Shown here: positions 9,466 to 20,085 of the stretch, in pieces | Layout: each line of letters opens with the position of its first letter | Position numbering within the stretch: the stretch's first letter is position 1 | NCBI GenBank assembly: GCA_037138275.1 | Contig: JBAXIR010000001.1 | Location: 9,916-73,915 of the forward strand | Length of the DNA stretch: 64,000 bases | Origin: Mycobacteriaceae bacterium | Lineage (GTDB): Bacteria; Actinomycetota; Actinomycetes; Mycobacteriales; Mycobacteriaceae | Reading direction: 5' to 3' | The notes under the pieces: model-generated | Databases searched by the model: none | Told to the model about the DNA's origin: nothing | Seen by the model: the letters and a program-made list of their open reading frames with translations, nothing else | Made by a program: the position numbers and the translations under genes

Positions 9466-10338
9466 ATGCCTGATCAGACGTCGACCGACCTTCCTTCGCA
9501 GTGGACTCACGAGCCCCACACGATCCTGCGCTTCCGTACCGGCGACAAGATCGCCGATATCGACACCGACGCCAGCCCCGGTTTCACCGGTAACCGCGCC
9601 GCCGCGGCCGAGATTCAGGCCGAACGCAACGAACATCTGGCCGGCTTGCAGGAGCTGCTCTATGCCGACGGAAAGGGCGGCAACAATCGATCGCTGCTCC
9701 TGGTGTTGCAGGGCATGGACACCGCCGGCAAGGGCAGCATCGTGAAGAACGTCTTGAGCGGCACCAACCCGATGGGGATCCGCTATACCGGGTTCGGGCC
9801 ACCCACCGAGGAGGAGCGGTCGCATCACTTCCTGTGGCGGATCAATAACGCGCTGCCGCCGGCCGGCCACATCGGGGTGTTCGATCGCTCCCACTATGAG
9901 GACGTACTGGTGGTCCGGGTGCACGATCTGGTGCCCCGCGACGTCTGGGAGGGCCGCTACGACGAGATCAACACCTTCGAGAAAGAGCTCGTCGAATCGG
10001 GCACCACCGTGATCAAGGTCGCGATGTTCGTCTCGCTCGATGAGCAGAAGCGCCGACTGGCCGAGCGGCTCGACCGGCCCGACCGGTACTGGAAGTACAA
10101 CCCGCGCGATCTTGACGAGCGCAAGCTGTGGCCCGCCTACCAGGAGGCCTATCAGGCAGTGCTGGATCGAACCTCCACGGACATTGCGCCGTGGTGTGTG
10201 GTGCCCTGCGACAAGAAGTGGTACAGCCAATTGGCCGTCACCGAACTTCTCATCGAGGCGCTCGAAAGCATGAAACTCACCTGGCCTCCCGCGACCTTCG
10301 ACGTCGAGGCCGAGAAGAAGAAGCTGGCTGGCGCCTGA
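9466..10338 (+). CDS. Polyphosphate kinase 2 family phosphotransferase (class III-like)
   Basis: LQGMDTAGKG Walker A, FDRSHYEDVL Walker B, RYWKYNPRD lid. Confidence 0.9.
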   Translation: MPDQTSTDLPSQWTHEPHTILRFRTGDKIADIDTDASPGFTGNRAAAAEIQAERNEHLAGLQELLYADGKGGNNRSLLLVLQGMDTAGKGSIVKNVLSGTNPMGIRYTGFGPPTEEERSHHFLWRINNALPPAGHIGVFDRSHYEDVLVVRVHDLVPRDVWEGRYDEINTFEKELVESGTTVIKVAMFVSLDEQKRRLAERLDRPDRYWKYNPRDLDERKLWPAYQEAYQAVLDRTSTDIAPWCVVPCDKKWYSQLAVTELLIEALESMKLTWPPATFDVEAEKKKLAGA

Positions 10339-11217
<879 letters not shown>

Positions 11218-11268
11218 CTAATTACCCTTCACAATCCCGCACCGGCATCACGATTTGATGATTCTAGT

Positions 11269-12132
11269 TCAGTACTTGTAGAAGCCTCGACCCGACTTCT
11301 TGCCCAGCCGACCCGCTTCGACCATACGCAACAGCAGGGGCGGCGCGGCGTACTGCGGATCCTTGAACTCCTCGTACATCTTGTCGGCGATGAGCTTGAC
11401 GGTGTCCAGGCCGATGAGATCCGATAGCCGCAACGGTCCCATCGGGTGGGAAAGGCCGGCGATGACGGCTTTGTCGACGTCGGCCACGGTGGCGTACCCG
11501 GCCTCCACCATCCGGATGGCCGCCAGCAGGTAGGGCACCAGCAGAGCGTTGACGACGAAGCCGGAACGGTCCGAACAACGCACCACCTGCTTACCGAGCA
11601 CCGAGGCGGCGAACTGCTCGGTGCGCGCGGCCGCAGCCTCATCGGTGACCAGCGTCGTCACCAACTCCACCAGCGGCAGCACCGGCACCGGGTTGAAGAA
11701 ATGCAGACCCAGCACACGGCCGGGGTTTTTGGTGGCCGCGCCGAGTTTCATGATCGGGATGCTCGAGGTGTTCGACGCGAGCACCGCGTCGGGGTCGCCG
11801 ATGATCTCGTCGAGCTGGCTGAAGATTCCGGCTTTGACGTGCTCGTCTTCTATCACCGCCTCGATTACCAGTTGGCGGTCGGCCAAGTCGGCCAGGGAGG
11901 TGGTGAACCGCAACGTGTCGGCCGCACGGTCACGTTCGCGCTCGGTGATCTTGCCGGCGCTGACCCCACGCTCCAGCGACGTGGAGATGCGGTTTCGGCC
12001 GGCGGTGACCAGCGACTCGGTGCTCTCGAAGACGACCACGTCCACGCCGGCCCGGGCACACACCTCGGCGATGCCCCCGCCCATCTGGCCGGCACCGATG
12101 ACGCCGACTCGTTGGATGGCTGATTCAGTCAC
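11269..12132 (-). CDS. fadB2: 3-hydroxybutyryl-CoA dehydrogenase
   Basis: VGVIGAGQMGGG, LASNTSS, GLHFFNPVP. GTG start at 12132. Confidence 0.95.
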   Translation of the reverse strand: MTESAIQRVGVIGAGQMGGGIAEVCARAGVDVVVFESTESLVTAGRNRISTSLERGVSAGKITERERDRAADTLRFTTSLADLADRQLVIEAVIEDEHVKAGIFSQLDEIIGDPDAVLASNTSSIPIMKLGAATKNPGRVLGLHFFNPVPVLPLVELVTTLVTDEAAAARTEQFAASVLGKQVVRCSDRSGFVVNALLVPYLLAAIRMVEAGYATVADVDKAVIAGLSHPMGPLRLSDLIGLDTVKLIADKMYEEFKDPQYAAPPLLLRMVEAGRLGKKSGRGFYKY

Positions 12133-12185
12133 GTGACCTCTTTCGGTCTGATTGTTGAGACGCTGGTCGAACTGGTCTGGTGACG

Positions 12186-13004
12186 TCAAATCGGGAAGAT
12201 CGACGCGACCGCTTTCGTCTCCTCGCCCACCACGTACGTGAGGGTTCTCACGGTCCGGTCGGCCAGTTCGGGACCGAACTTGTCGGTGGATCCGGGCGGG
12301 TACACATGCGACAGGATCTCCAACCTGTCGCCGTACGCGATGGGGGCGTCGTGCTCGATGGTCACCCGCAGTGGCACATCGAGAAGTTCGGGATTGGGCT
12401 CGAGGAACTCCTCGACAACCTTCCAGTAGACCGAGTTGTTGACATGATCGAACAGATCGATATCACTGACCCGGATGGGGAACTCGCGGATCTCGTCGGC
12501 GTCCGCACGCGATCCGGCCTTCAGGTAAGCCTTCCAGCGCAGTCGGTCGACGTCGGTGGTGCGCAGCAGGGCTTCCATGAAGTCGTCGGCGATGCGGGCC
12601 GGCCCCTCGGTCTCGCGATTGAAATTGATCCAGAATCCCTCGGACTCGATCAGTCCACCCCTGCGGCCTTCGATCCGTACCCGCATCTCGCACCACCGGT
12701 TGGAGGCACCCGAGCACCAGCGGCGCAATCGCAACGTGTCCTTGAACTCGATCGGGCTGATCATGTCCACCATCGTGCGCCGGACGATCCACAGCGGGTG
12801 GACGTCGTCGAACCCACCCTCCCGCAGATGGTCCTGGCCCATGTCCTGGATGAGTCGGACGGCCCCGTCGAGGCGCAGCCGGCCCAGCCGGTCGCTGTCC
12901 CCGGCCCGCAAGTGCCATTGCCGTTCGAATACGCCCGGGTGCGCATCGGGGACGGGCATCAACGCCTTGGCCAGACCGCTGTCGGTCGTCAAGTAGTTGC
13001 CCAT
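12186..13004 (-). CDS. Acyl-ACP thioesterase (Rv0466-like)
   Basis: Double hotdog pattern LWIVRRT ... DIDLFDHVNN. Start approximate. Confidence 0.9.
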   Translation of the reverse strand: MGNYLTTDSGLAKALMPVPDAHPGVFERQWHLRAGDSDRLGRLRLDGAVRLIQDMGQDHLREGGFDDVHPLWIVRRTMVDMISPIEFKDTLRLRRWCSGASNRWCEMRVRIEGRRGGLIESEGFWINFNRETEGPARIADDFMEALLRTTDVDRLRWKAYLKAGSRADADEIREFPIRVSDIDLFDHVNNSVYWKVVEEFLEPNPELLDVPLRVTIEHDAPIAYGDRLEILSHVYPPGSTDKFGPELADRTVRTLTYVVGEETKAVASIFPI

Positions 13005-13084
13005 TGGGGCGATCATGCCAAAACGCCCAGTTGATGCCAACAACCGGTTCACCGACCGAGGGGTCCTGCGGGTCGGGCATCCGA

Positions 13085-14491
13085 CTAAAACGGTGCCGGT
13101 TCGCTGGGTGGCGGCCGTTGGGCCGCGGCGTTGATTGCGGCCCGCACTCGTCGCTCGCGTGTGATGCGGTCCCGGCGATCGTCGTCGCGGGATCGCTTCC
13201 GGGTCGGCATCGCAAGTCCACGGTTCGGGGCGGGCGGTCCGTTGCCTGCCGACACGTCAGGTGTTCCGGTCGGTGTGGACAAGGCCGGATACAGCAGGGC
13301 GCCTGCTGGTTCGGTGGTGTACCGATGACCGGTCGGGGACGTGAAAATCACTGTGCCTTCGGTGGTTTGACTCTCGGTCCAGCCGTTCGGGCCGCTGTAA
13401 AAGGTCTTCACCAGATGATGGAGGCGGCAGTAGAGCTTGAGGTTGGAGGCGCGGGTCGGACCGGCGGGATAGGGCACCGTGTGGTCGACGTCGCAGACCG
13501 GCGCATCGCAACCCGGCCAACGACACGTGAGGTCGCGCCACCGGATGAACTCAGACAGCGCGGCCGACGGCCGATAGCCCGGCGCCGCGCCCGCACCGGG
13601 AACCGCTAGCGGCTTGAGCTTGGCGGTCGCCGCAATGCCCCGAACCGCCTCGGCGGGCTGGATGCCGAAACCGGGTAGGTAACCGGGCGTGGTTCCGGTT
13701 GCCTCGACTGTGGCCTGCTCGGCGAGCAGGTGAATGACTACTGGTGCAACGCCGCCGGCACCGATCGCGGGGCAGTCCGATGAACCGCACGTACACATGA
13801 GGCGGTCGGCGCCGGCAGCGAGTGCCCCCACCGCGTCGCTTCGGCGCTGCATCGTTGTGCGGGGGTCGTCCTTGCATACGGTGGCCGCCAGTGCATTAAG
13901 TTTCTGATCGAACGCGGCCGCGTCAGCCGCATGCACGTTGGCCCAGATGCCGGCCATCCCCGGTGTGGTCGGACCGACGTCGACATAGCGTTTGTCGTCG
14001 ATCTCCGGCGGAACCCGGACACCGTCGGCGTCGAACTTCGCGATCACGAAGTCGAGGCGATCAGCGAGCTTGGGATTCGAGAGTTTCATCCACTTCGGCG
14101 CAAGCCGAGCCAGTGCGGCATCCAAGTTCGGCATCGCAGAGTCCTCGACATTCGACGACCGGTTGATGATCATCGAGACCACTCGAAAGTCGATCTGCCC
14201 GGCGGCAAAGACCGCAGCGACTCGCGGCAGGTGCTCCCGTAACTCACGCGCGTAGCGGATCTGGCTACCGGCGCGCCCCCGGCTGATGTTCTGCGCGGCG
14301 GATACCTCGGCCGCCACGGCTTCGAACGGATCGGCGCACCACAGTTCGCGCTCCGCCCACTCGACGGCCCGGCGGGCGTACAGCTCGCCGACCGCGGCCA
14401 GTCGCTGCGCCACCGCGGCCGACTCGGTGCGGGCGGCGGCACCCATCGCATCGATAAGGAGCTCGTCGGCACCGCTCATGAATTCGAACAT
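13085..14491 (-). CDS. DUF222 + HNH endonuclease signature protein (REP13E12 family)
   Basis: [32 protein letters not shown] HNH motif; N-terminal DUF222-type region. Confidence 0.92.
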   Translation of the reverse strand: [468 protein letters not shown]

Positions 14492-14499
14492 ACATTCGA
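14484..14499. promoter_or_regulatory. LexA SOS box (1 mismatch)
   Basis: TCGAAC-ATAC-ATTCGA versus the mycobacterial consensus TCGAAC-N4-GTTCGA; overlaps the HNH gene start codon. Confidence 0.75.
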
Positions 14500-14520
14500 T
14501 ACTAATAGGAGCGGCCGACA
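14499..14520 (-). promoter_or_regulatory. PafBC / RecA-NDp DNA-damage promoter
   Basis: Minus strand reads TGTCGG-ccgctcctat-TAGTAT, an exact TGTCGG-N10-TANNNT match, 7 nt before the ATG. Confidence 0.85.
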
Positions 14521-14531
14521 TCATCAGGCCG

Positions 14532-14801
14532 CTACAGGTACGTCACCCCGAGCACGATGACGGTGAACACCACCGGCGAGAACGCCAGGCCGGCTAGAAA
14601 CGCCGACCAGGTCAACTCCCTGCGCTGATATCGCTGCCAGGCCAGGTATGCCATCGCGGCGGCGAAGAGCAGGCACAGTACGGACACGACGAGCACCGCG
14701 GTGCCCCGGGACGGCGACCCCGTCGCCATCGAGATACCGATCAGCCACAGCGCATGACCCAGTAGGACTCCGCCGATACCGGCGATGAGTGCGGGTTTCA
14801 C
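14532..14801 (-). CDS. Small membrane protein (Rv0463-like)
   Basis: Three hydrophobic segments; lies directly after lpd. Confidence 0.75.
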   Translation of the reverse strand: MKPALIAGIGGVLLGHALWLIGISMATGSPSRGTAVLVVSVLCLLFAAAMAYLAWQRYQRRELTWSAFLAGLAFSPVVFTVIVLGVTYL

Positions 14802-14805
14802 TGCA

Positions 14806-16200
14806 TCAGAAGTTGATCATGTGGCCGGCGAGGCCGTGGAAGCATTCCTGGAGAGCCTCCGACAGTGTCGGGTGGGTGTGGACGTTGCGGGCGAGTTCGT
14901 TGACGGTCAGATCCCACTTCTGCGCCAGAGTCACCTCCGGCAGGAGTTCGGAGACGTCCGGTCCGATCAGATGCGCGCCGAGCAGTTCGCCGTATTTAGC
15001 GTCGGCAATCACCTTGACGAACCCGGTCGGGTCGGCTAATCCGTGCGCCTTGCCGTTGGCGGTGAACGGGAACTTAGCCACCTTCACGTCGTAGCCCTCG
15101 TCGCGCGCCTGCTGTTCGGTCAGCCCGAAACTGGCGACCTGCGGCTGGCAGAACGTCGCCCTCGGCATCATCCGGTAGTCACCCAGCGTCATGGTCTCGG
15201 CACCGCCGATGGTCTCGGCGGCCACCACGGCCATCGCCTCAGCGACATGGGCCAGTTGCAATTTAGAGGTGACATCGCCGATGGCGTAGATGTGCCCCAC
15301 GTTGGTGCGCATGTAGTCGTCGATGGCGATGGCGCCGCGATCGGTCAGCGCGACGCCGGTGCTGTCCAGTCCGAAGCCGGAGATGTTGGGTGCGAAGCCA
15401 ATGGCTTGCATGACCTTGTCGGCCTTGAGTTCCTCGGTTACACCGTCCCTACTGACGACCACGGTGACCACGGATCCGTCATCGGTGATCGACTCCACCT
15501 TGGTACCGGTGCGGATCTTCACCCCGAGTTTCTTGTACTGCTTCTCGATCTCCTTGGAGACCTCGATGTCCTCATTGGGCAGCGCCCGCGGCAGGAACTC
15601 AACGACGGTGACGTCGACGCCGTAGTTGGTCAACACATAGGCGAACTCCATACCGATCGCACCGGCGCCGGCGATGATGATCGACCCGGGCAGTTCCCGG
15701 GTCAGAATCTGCTCCTCGTAGGTGACGACGTTGGCCGACAGCGACGTGCCCGGGATCAGCCGGGTGCTGCTGCCGGTGGCGATGATCGCGTTGGCGAAGG
15801 TGACGGTCTCGGTGCCACCCTCGTTGAGGTCGACAGTCATGGTGTTGGCATCGGTGAACCGGCCGTAGCCGTGAATCTCGGTGATCTTGTTCTTCTTCAT
15901 CAGGAAGTGCACCCCGGCCACGCGGCCGTCGGCCACCTTGCGGCTGCGGTCGAAAGCGGCGCCGAAGTCAAAACTCACCTGACCGCTGATGCCGAACGTC
16001 GCGGCTTCCTTGGTCACGATATGCGCCAGCTCGGCGTTGCGCAGCAGCGCTTTGGAGGGGATGCAGCCCACGTTGAGGCAGACTCCGCCCCAGTACTGGG
16101 GTTCGACGATTGCGGTGTTCAGGCCGAGTTGCGCGCAGCGGATCGCGGCGACGTATCCGCCGGGTCCGGCGCCGAGGACGACGACGTCATAGTGAGTCAC
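14806..16200 (-). CDS. lpdA: Dihydrolipoyl dehydrogenase
   Basis: GAGPGG FAD motif, [13 protein letters not shown] redox disulfide, HTHPTLSE C-terminus (Rv0462 ortholog). Confidence 0.98.
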   Translation of the reverse strand: MTHYDVVVLGAGPGGYVAAIRCAQLGLNTAIVEPQYWGGVCLNVGCIPSKALLRNAELAHIVTKEAATFGISGQVSFDFGAAFDRSRKVADGRVAGVHFLMKKNKITEIHGYGRFTDANTMTVDLNEGGTETVTFANAIIATGSSTRLIPGTSLSANVVTYEEQILTRELPGSIIIAGAGAIGMEFAYVLTNYGVDVTVVEFLPRALPNEDIEVSKEIEKQYKKLGVKIRTGTKVESITDDGSVVTVVVSRDGVTEELKADKVMQAIGFAPNISGFGLDSTGVALTDRGAIAIDDYMRTNVGHIYAIGDVTSKLQLAHVAEAMAVVAAETIGGAETMTLGDYRMMPRATFCQPQVASFGLTEQQARDEGYDVKVAKFPFTANGKAHGLADPTGFVKVIADAKYGELLGAHLIGPDVSELLPEVTLAQKWDLTVNELARNVHTHPTLSEALQECFHGLAGHMINF

Positions 16201-16213
16201 GTCGCTACCCTAA

Positions 16214-16804
16214 CTAGCCGATTGCGGGGCGGGCGATCCATTCGAAGTAATAGGCGCCGTGGAGTATCGCGGCCGCCGCCGTCGACGCCAACGGCGCCGC
16301 CATCAAGACGATGGCCAGGGCTGTCACCCGGGGCCGGTCCGGCACCAGGGAGATCAGCAGGCTGGCCACCATGCAGGCGATCAGATATCCCAGGATGCCG
16401 GCCACCGGCACGGTCTTGTCCAAGGCGGTGTACCACCAGTGGTAGAGACCGAGTCCGGCCGCTGCCGACACCGCCCACACGCCGATCAGGATCAGCGCGA
16501 ACCTCCAGCGACTCACGAACTGATACGAACCGGGCACCACGACCGGTCGCGCGGGCACCGACCGCGGAGACACGTCGACGGGTTCGCTGAATTCCTGTGG
16601 CTCGGGCTCTTCGGCCCGCACCGGCTCTTCGGCCCCCAAAGGCAACGGATGCGGACCGGTGTCGAAGATCGGTGCCGAGTGGGGCTCGGTGTTAGTGGCC
16701 AGGGTGTTAGTGGCCAGGGTGTTAGGGGCCAGAGTGCCGTGCGCCCCGGTGGCGAACATCGGCGTCAGTTGGGATCCGGTGACGGGGTTTGCGGTATCAG
16801 TCAC
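16214..16804 (-). CDS. Membrane protein (Rv0461-like)
   Basis: VVVPGSYQFVSRW motif followed by TM helices; synteny. Confidence 0.8.
   Translation of the reverse strand: MTDTANPVTGSQLTPMFATGAHGTLAPNTLATNTLATNTEPHSAPIFDTGPHPLPLGAEEPVRAEEPEPQEFSEPVDVSPRSVPARPVVVPGSYQFVSRWRFALILIGVWAVSAAAGLGLYHWWYTALDKTVPVAGILGYLIACMVASLLISLVPDRPRVTALAIVLMAAPLASTAAAAILHGAYYFEWIARPAIG
16689..16733 (+). repeat. In-frame 15-bp tandem repeat x3
   Basis: gtgttagtggccagg, gtgttagtggccagg, gtgttaggggccaga; encodes LAPNT-LATNT-LATNT. Confidence 0.92.
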
Positions 16805-17075
16805 CGGAGACCACCTGGATCAGCAGCAGCACCGACAGCCAACCGGGCGCCATCGCGAGCACGAATGCACCCAGTGTGGTCACCCACCGGCGGCCGGAGG
16901 ACAGCACCAGAGCCAGCCCGATCAAGCTCGGCAATCCGACGACCAAGGCCACGACGAGATCGGGACGAATGGCCGAGTCGACCATCAGCTTGGCCACCAC
17001 GGCGGCAATCTGACCGGAGACGCAGCCCACGAGTAACGCGCTGGTGAGCAGCCATGCCCGAGGCAGGGGTATCAC
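16797..17075 (-). CDS. Small hydrophobic protein (Rv0460-like, often annotated putative holin)
   Basis: MIPLPRAWLL N-terminus, three TM helices, synteny. Confidence 0.75.
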   Translation of the reverse strand: MIPLPRAWLLTSALLVGCVSGQIAAVVAKLMVDSAIRPDLVVALVVGLPSLIGLALVLSSGRRWVTTLGAFVLAMAPGWLSVLLLIQVVSGD

Positions 17076-17105
17076 GATTACCGACGATACGGGCCGGTGA
17101 GCCGT

Positions 17106-17609
17106 CTATGGCTGAACAGCTCCGGCGTGCCGAACAGGTATTTGGCAGGCGTCGACGCCGTCGGCCACCACCAGATCGGTCCGGACGGGGGGCCTGGCGC
17201 CCCTCTCGTAGTCCGCACCGGTCAGCGGCGGGACACCGGCAAGTGCGTCGACCTCCGCGGCGCTGAAGGCTCGTCCGCGACTGAGGAAACGCAGACCCAC
17301 GGGTGCCTCCAGACTGAAGCCGCCACCACGACCCGGCACTACGTCGATCACCAACTGGGTGTGCTTCCAGGTCTCGAACTGCGGGCCGGAAATCCACACC
17401 GGGGCGCCCTCCAGGACGCCGAGAAGCACATCGCGGTCGCCGACGATGAACTCGCCGTCGGGATAGCACATCGGCGACGAACCATCGCAGCAGCCGCCGG
17501 ACTGGTGGAACATCACCGGCCCGTGCTGGTCTCGCAGACGGTGCAGCAGTTCGGCCGCGGCGACCGTGATCAACGCGCGCGGTGGCGGCAGGGTCGAGGC
17601 CGTACCCAT
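17106..17609 (-). CDS. DUF779 family protein (Rv0459-like)
   Basis: MFHQSGGCCDGSSPMCYP and VVPGRGGGFSLE motifs; AGGAGG RBS. Confidence 0.93.
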   Translation of the reverse strand: MGTASTLPPPRALITVAAAELLHRLRDQHGPVMFHQSGGCCDGSSPMCYPDGEFIVGDRDVLLGVLEGAPVWISGPQFETWKHTQLVIDVVPGRGGGFSLEAPVGLRFLSRGRAFSAAEVDALAGVPPLTGADYERGARPPVRTDLVVADGVDACQIPVRHAGAVQP

Positions 17610-17690
17610 CTGCGCCTCCTGCCATGCGAGCATGTAACGCAGTTCACACTACCGCTCCTCACACCACCGCTACCGACCAGAATGGCGGGC

Positions 17691-19712
17691 ATGGCCGACG
17701 ACCCGTACCTGTGGCTCGAAGATATCGACGGCGACGCCGCACTGGCCTGGGTGCGTGAGCGCAACGAGACCACCATCGCCGAGTTCAGCGATCAACGGTT
17801 CGAGCAGATGCGCACCGAAGCCCTGGCGGTGCTCGACACCGACACCCGGATCCCCTACGTGCGCCGCCGCGGCGAATACCTCTACAACTTCTGGCGCGAC
17901 GCGGCGAACCCGCGCGGGCTGTGGCGACGCACGACCCTGGCGAGCTATCGCGACCCGAGCCCCGACTGGGACGTGATCATCGACGTCGACGAGTTGGCCC
18001 GCACCGATGCGGAGAACTGGGTGTGGGCCGGCGCGGACGTGATCGAGCCCGACCATACGCGGGCGCTGATCTCGCTGTCCCGAGGCGGGTCGGATGCGGC
18101 CGTGGTGCGCGAATTCGATATGGGCACAAGGACTTTCGTAGTCAGCGGGTTTGCACTCGATGAGGCAAAATCACGAGTCTCGTGGTTCGACCATGACACC
18201 CTGCTGGTCGGAACCGACTTCGGCCCCGGGTCACTGACGGAGTCCGGCTATCCCCGGGTGGTGAAGCGCTGGCGGCGCGGCGAACCACTGGCCGAGGCGC
18301 AGACGCTGTTCACCGGATCACCGACGGATGTCATTGCCTCGGCCGGTGTGGACCGGACACCCGGCTACGAGCGCACGATGGTCTACCGCGCGGTCGACTT
18401 CTTCAACAACGAGGCCTACCAATTGCGCTCCGGCGAACTGGTGCGGATCGACGCGCCGACCGACGCTGGCATCTCCGTACACCGTGACTGGCTGCTGATC
18501 GAATTGCGCAGCGAGTGGTCAGGAGGTTCCTCGGTGTACCCGGCCGGTTCGCTGCTCGCCGCGGACTATGAGAAGTTCCTCGACGGCACAGCCGAATTGA
18601 GCGTGGTCTTCACCCCCGATGAACGCACCTGCCTGCATCAGTACGGATGGACGCGCGATCGGCTGGTAATGGTCACCCTCGCCGACGTCGCCAGTCGCGT
18701 GGAGATCGTCACACCCGGAACGTGGTCCCGGCAGCCGATCCTGGGAGCCGGTGCTGCCGATGCCTTCTCCAACACCGTCATCGTCGCCACCGACGACCTC
18801 GGCGACGAGATTTTTTTGGACTCCAGCGGATTTCTCACTCCGTCACGCCTTCTGCATGGCAGCGCCGGCGGCGAACTGACCGAGATCAAACGGGCACCGG
18901 CGTTCTTCGACTCCTCGGGCCTAGAGGTGTCGCAGTACTTCGCAACCTCTGATGACGGCACAGCGGTGCCCTATTTCGTTGTTGGACAGAAGGATTCACA
19001 AACTCCGGGTCCGACGCTACTGGGCGGCTACGGAGGGTTCGAGGTAGCCCAAACACCCGGCTACGGGGGCGTGCTCGGGCGGCTGTGGCTGGCCGAAGGC
19101 GGTACCTACGTGCTGGCCAACATTCGCGGCGGCGGGGAATACGGACCAGGCTGGCACACCCAGGCGATGCGGGAGGGCCGGCACAGGGTCGCCGAGGACT
19201 TTGCCGCCGTCGCGCGCGATCTGGTGGCGCGCGGGATCAGCACCGTCGGTCAACTGGGTGCACAGGGCGGCAGCAACGGCGGTCTGCTGATGGGGATCAT
19301 GGCGACCAAGTACCCGGAGTTGTTCGGCGCCCTGGTGTGCCAGGTGCCACTACTGGACATGAAGCGCTTCCACCTGTTGCTCGCGGGTGCGTCGTGGGTG
19401 GCGGAGTACGGCGATCCGGACAACCCGGACGACTGGGCGTTCATCTCCGAGTACTCGCCGTATCAGAACATCAGCACCGCCCCGCGCTATCCCACCATGC
19501 TGGTCACCACGTCTACCCGGGACGACCGGGTGCACCCCGGGCACGCCCGCAAGATGACCGCCGCCCTGGAGGAAGCCGGACACCCGGTCTGGTACTACGA
19601 GAACATCGAGGGCGGCCATGCCGGTGCGGCCGATAACGCCCAGACCGCGTTCAAATCGGCGCTGAGTTTCTCGTTCCTGTCGCGGACGCTGTCGAAGCCG
19701 ACGCCGGGCTAG
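17691..19712 (+). CDS. Prolyl oligopeptidase family serine peptidase (Rv0457c-like)
   Basis: DPYLWLED, GGSNGG nucleophile, DDRVHP, GGH catalytic His. Confidence 0.95.
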   Translation: MADDPYLWLEDIDGDAALAWVRERNETTIAEFSDQRFEQMRTEALAVLDTDTRIPYVRRRGEYLYNFWRDAANPRGLWRRTTLASYRDPSPDWDVIIDVDELARTDAENWVWAGADVIEPDHTRALISLSRGGSDAAVVREFDMGTRTFVVSGFALDEAKSRVSWFDHDTLLVGTDFGPGSLTESGYPRVVKRWRRGEPLAEAQTLFTGSPTDVIASAGVDRTPGYERTMVYRAVDFFNNEAYQLRSGELVRIDAPTDAGISVHRDWLLIELRSEWSGGSSVYPAGSLLAADYEKFLDGTAELSVVFTPDERTCLHQYGWTRDRLVMVTLADVASRVEIVTPGTWSRQPILGAGAADAFSNTVIVATDDLGDEIFLDSSGFLTPSRLLHGSAGGELTEIKRAPAFFDSSGLEVSQYFATSDDGTAVPYFVVGQKDSQTPGPTLLGGYGGFEVAQTPGYGGVLGRLWLAEGGTYVLANIRGGGEYGPGWHTQAMREGRHRVAEDFAAVARDLVARGISTVGQLGAQGGSNGGLLMGIMATKYPELFGALVCQVPLLDMKRFHLLLAGASWVAEYGDPDNPDDWAFISEYSPYQNISTAPRYPTMLVTTSTRDDRVHPGHARKMTAALEEAGHPVWYYENIEGGHAGAADNAQTAFKSALSFSFLSRTLSKPTPG

Positions 19713-19713
19713 G

Positions 19714-20085
19714 TCACCGAAGCAACACGATCCCGACGACCAACGCCAGCATCAGCAGCGCGGGCACCGACTTGGTCAGCGGGTCCTTGACCTTCACGTG
19801 CATCGCCAGCGCCCCGACCATCAATGCCGCGACGACCAGCGCCGCCGGCACCACCACCTGTGGCACCCAGATCCCGATGATCAGCAACACCGCGGACACG
19901 ATCTTGGCTCCGCCGACCGCGTAGAAGCACCATTCGGGCAGGCCGTAGGTGACGAACTCTTCTCTCAGCGACTGCGCTGAACCGCCACGAAATGCGGTCG
20001 CCGACTTGGGACGGACAAGCCACACGTTGAGGAGTCCGAGTCCGGCGATGACCTGGAGACCGATGGATACTGCCGAAGATGACAT
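19714..20085 (-). CDS. DoxX-like membrane protein
   Basis: Four TM helices; EEFVTYGLP and MHVKVKDPLTKSVPA motifs. Confidence 0.75.
   Translation of the reverse strand: MSSSAVSIGLQVIAGLGLLNVWLVRPKSATAFRGGSAQSLREEFVTYGLPEWCFYAVGGAKIVSAVLLIIGIWVPQVVVPAALVVAALMVGALAMHVKVKDPLTKSVPALLMLALVVGIVLLR

Noticed and set aside
12133-12185. Remnant of the icl1 3' end (CAGTTC, 'QF') in the spacer
   Set aside because: A six-base similarity is not distinguishable from chance.
15043-16590. 515-aa plus-strand ORF
   Set aside because: Antisense shadow of lpd, typical of high-GC codon bias; no motifs.
16797-17075. Holin-like gene as evidence of a prophage
   Set aside because: Conserved core gene (Rv0460 ortholog) with no phage genes nearby.
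17097-17690. N-terminal ~200-aa extension of the prolyl oligopeptidase in the ORF track
   Set aside because: Overlaps the DUF779 gene on the other strand; family homology begins at MADDPYLWLED (17691).
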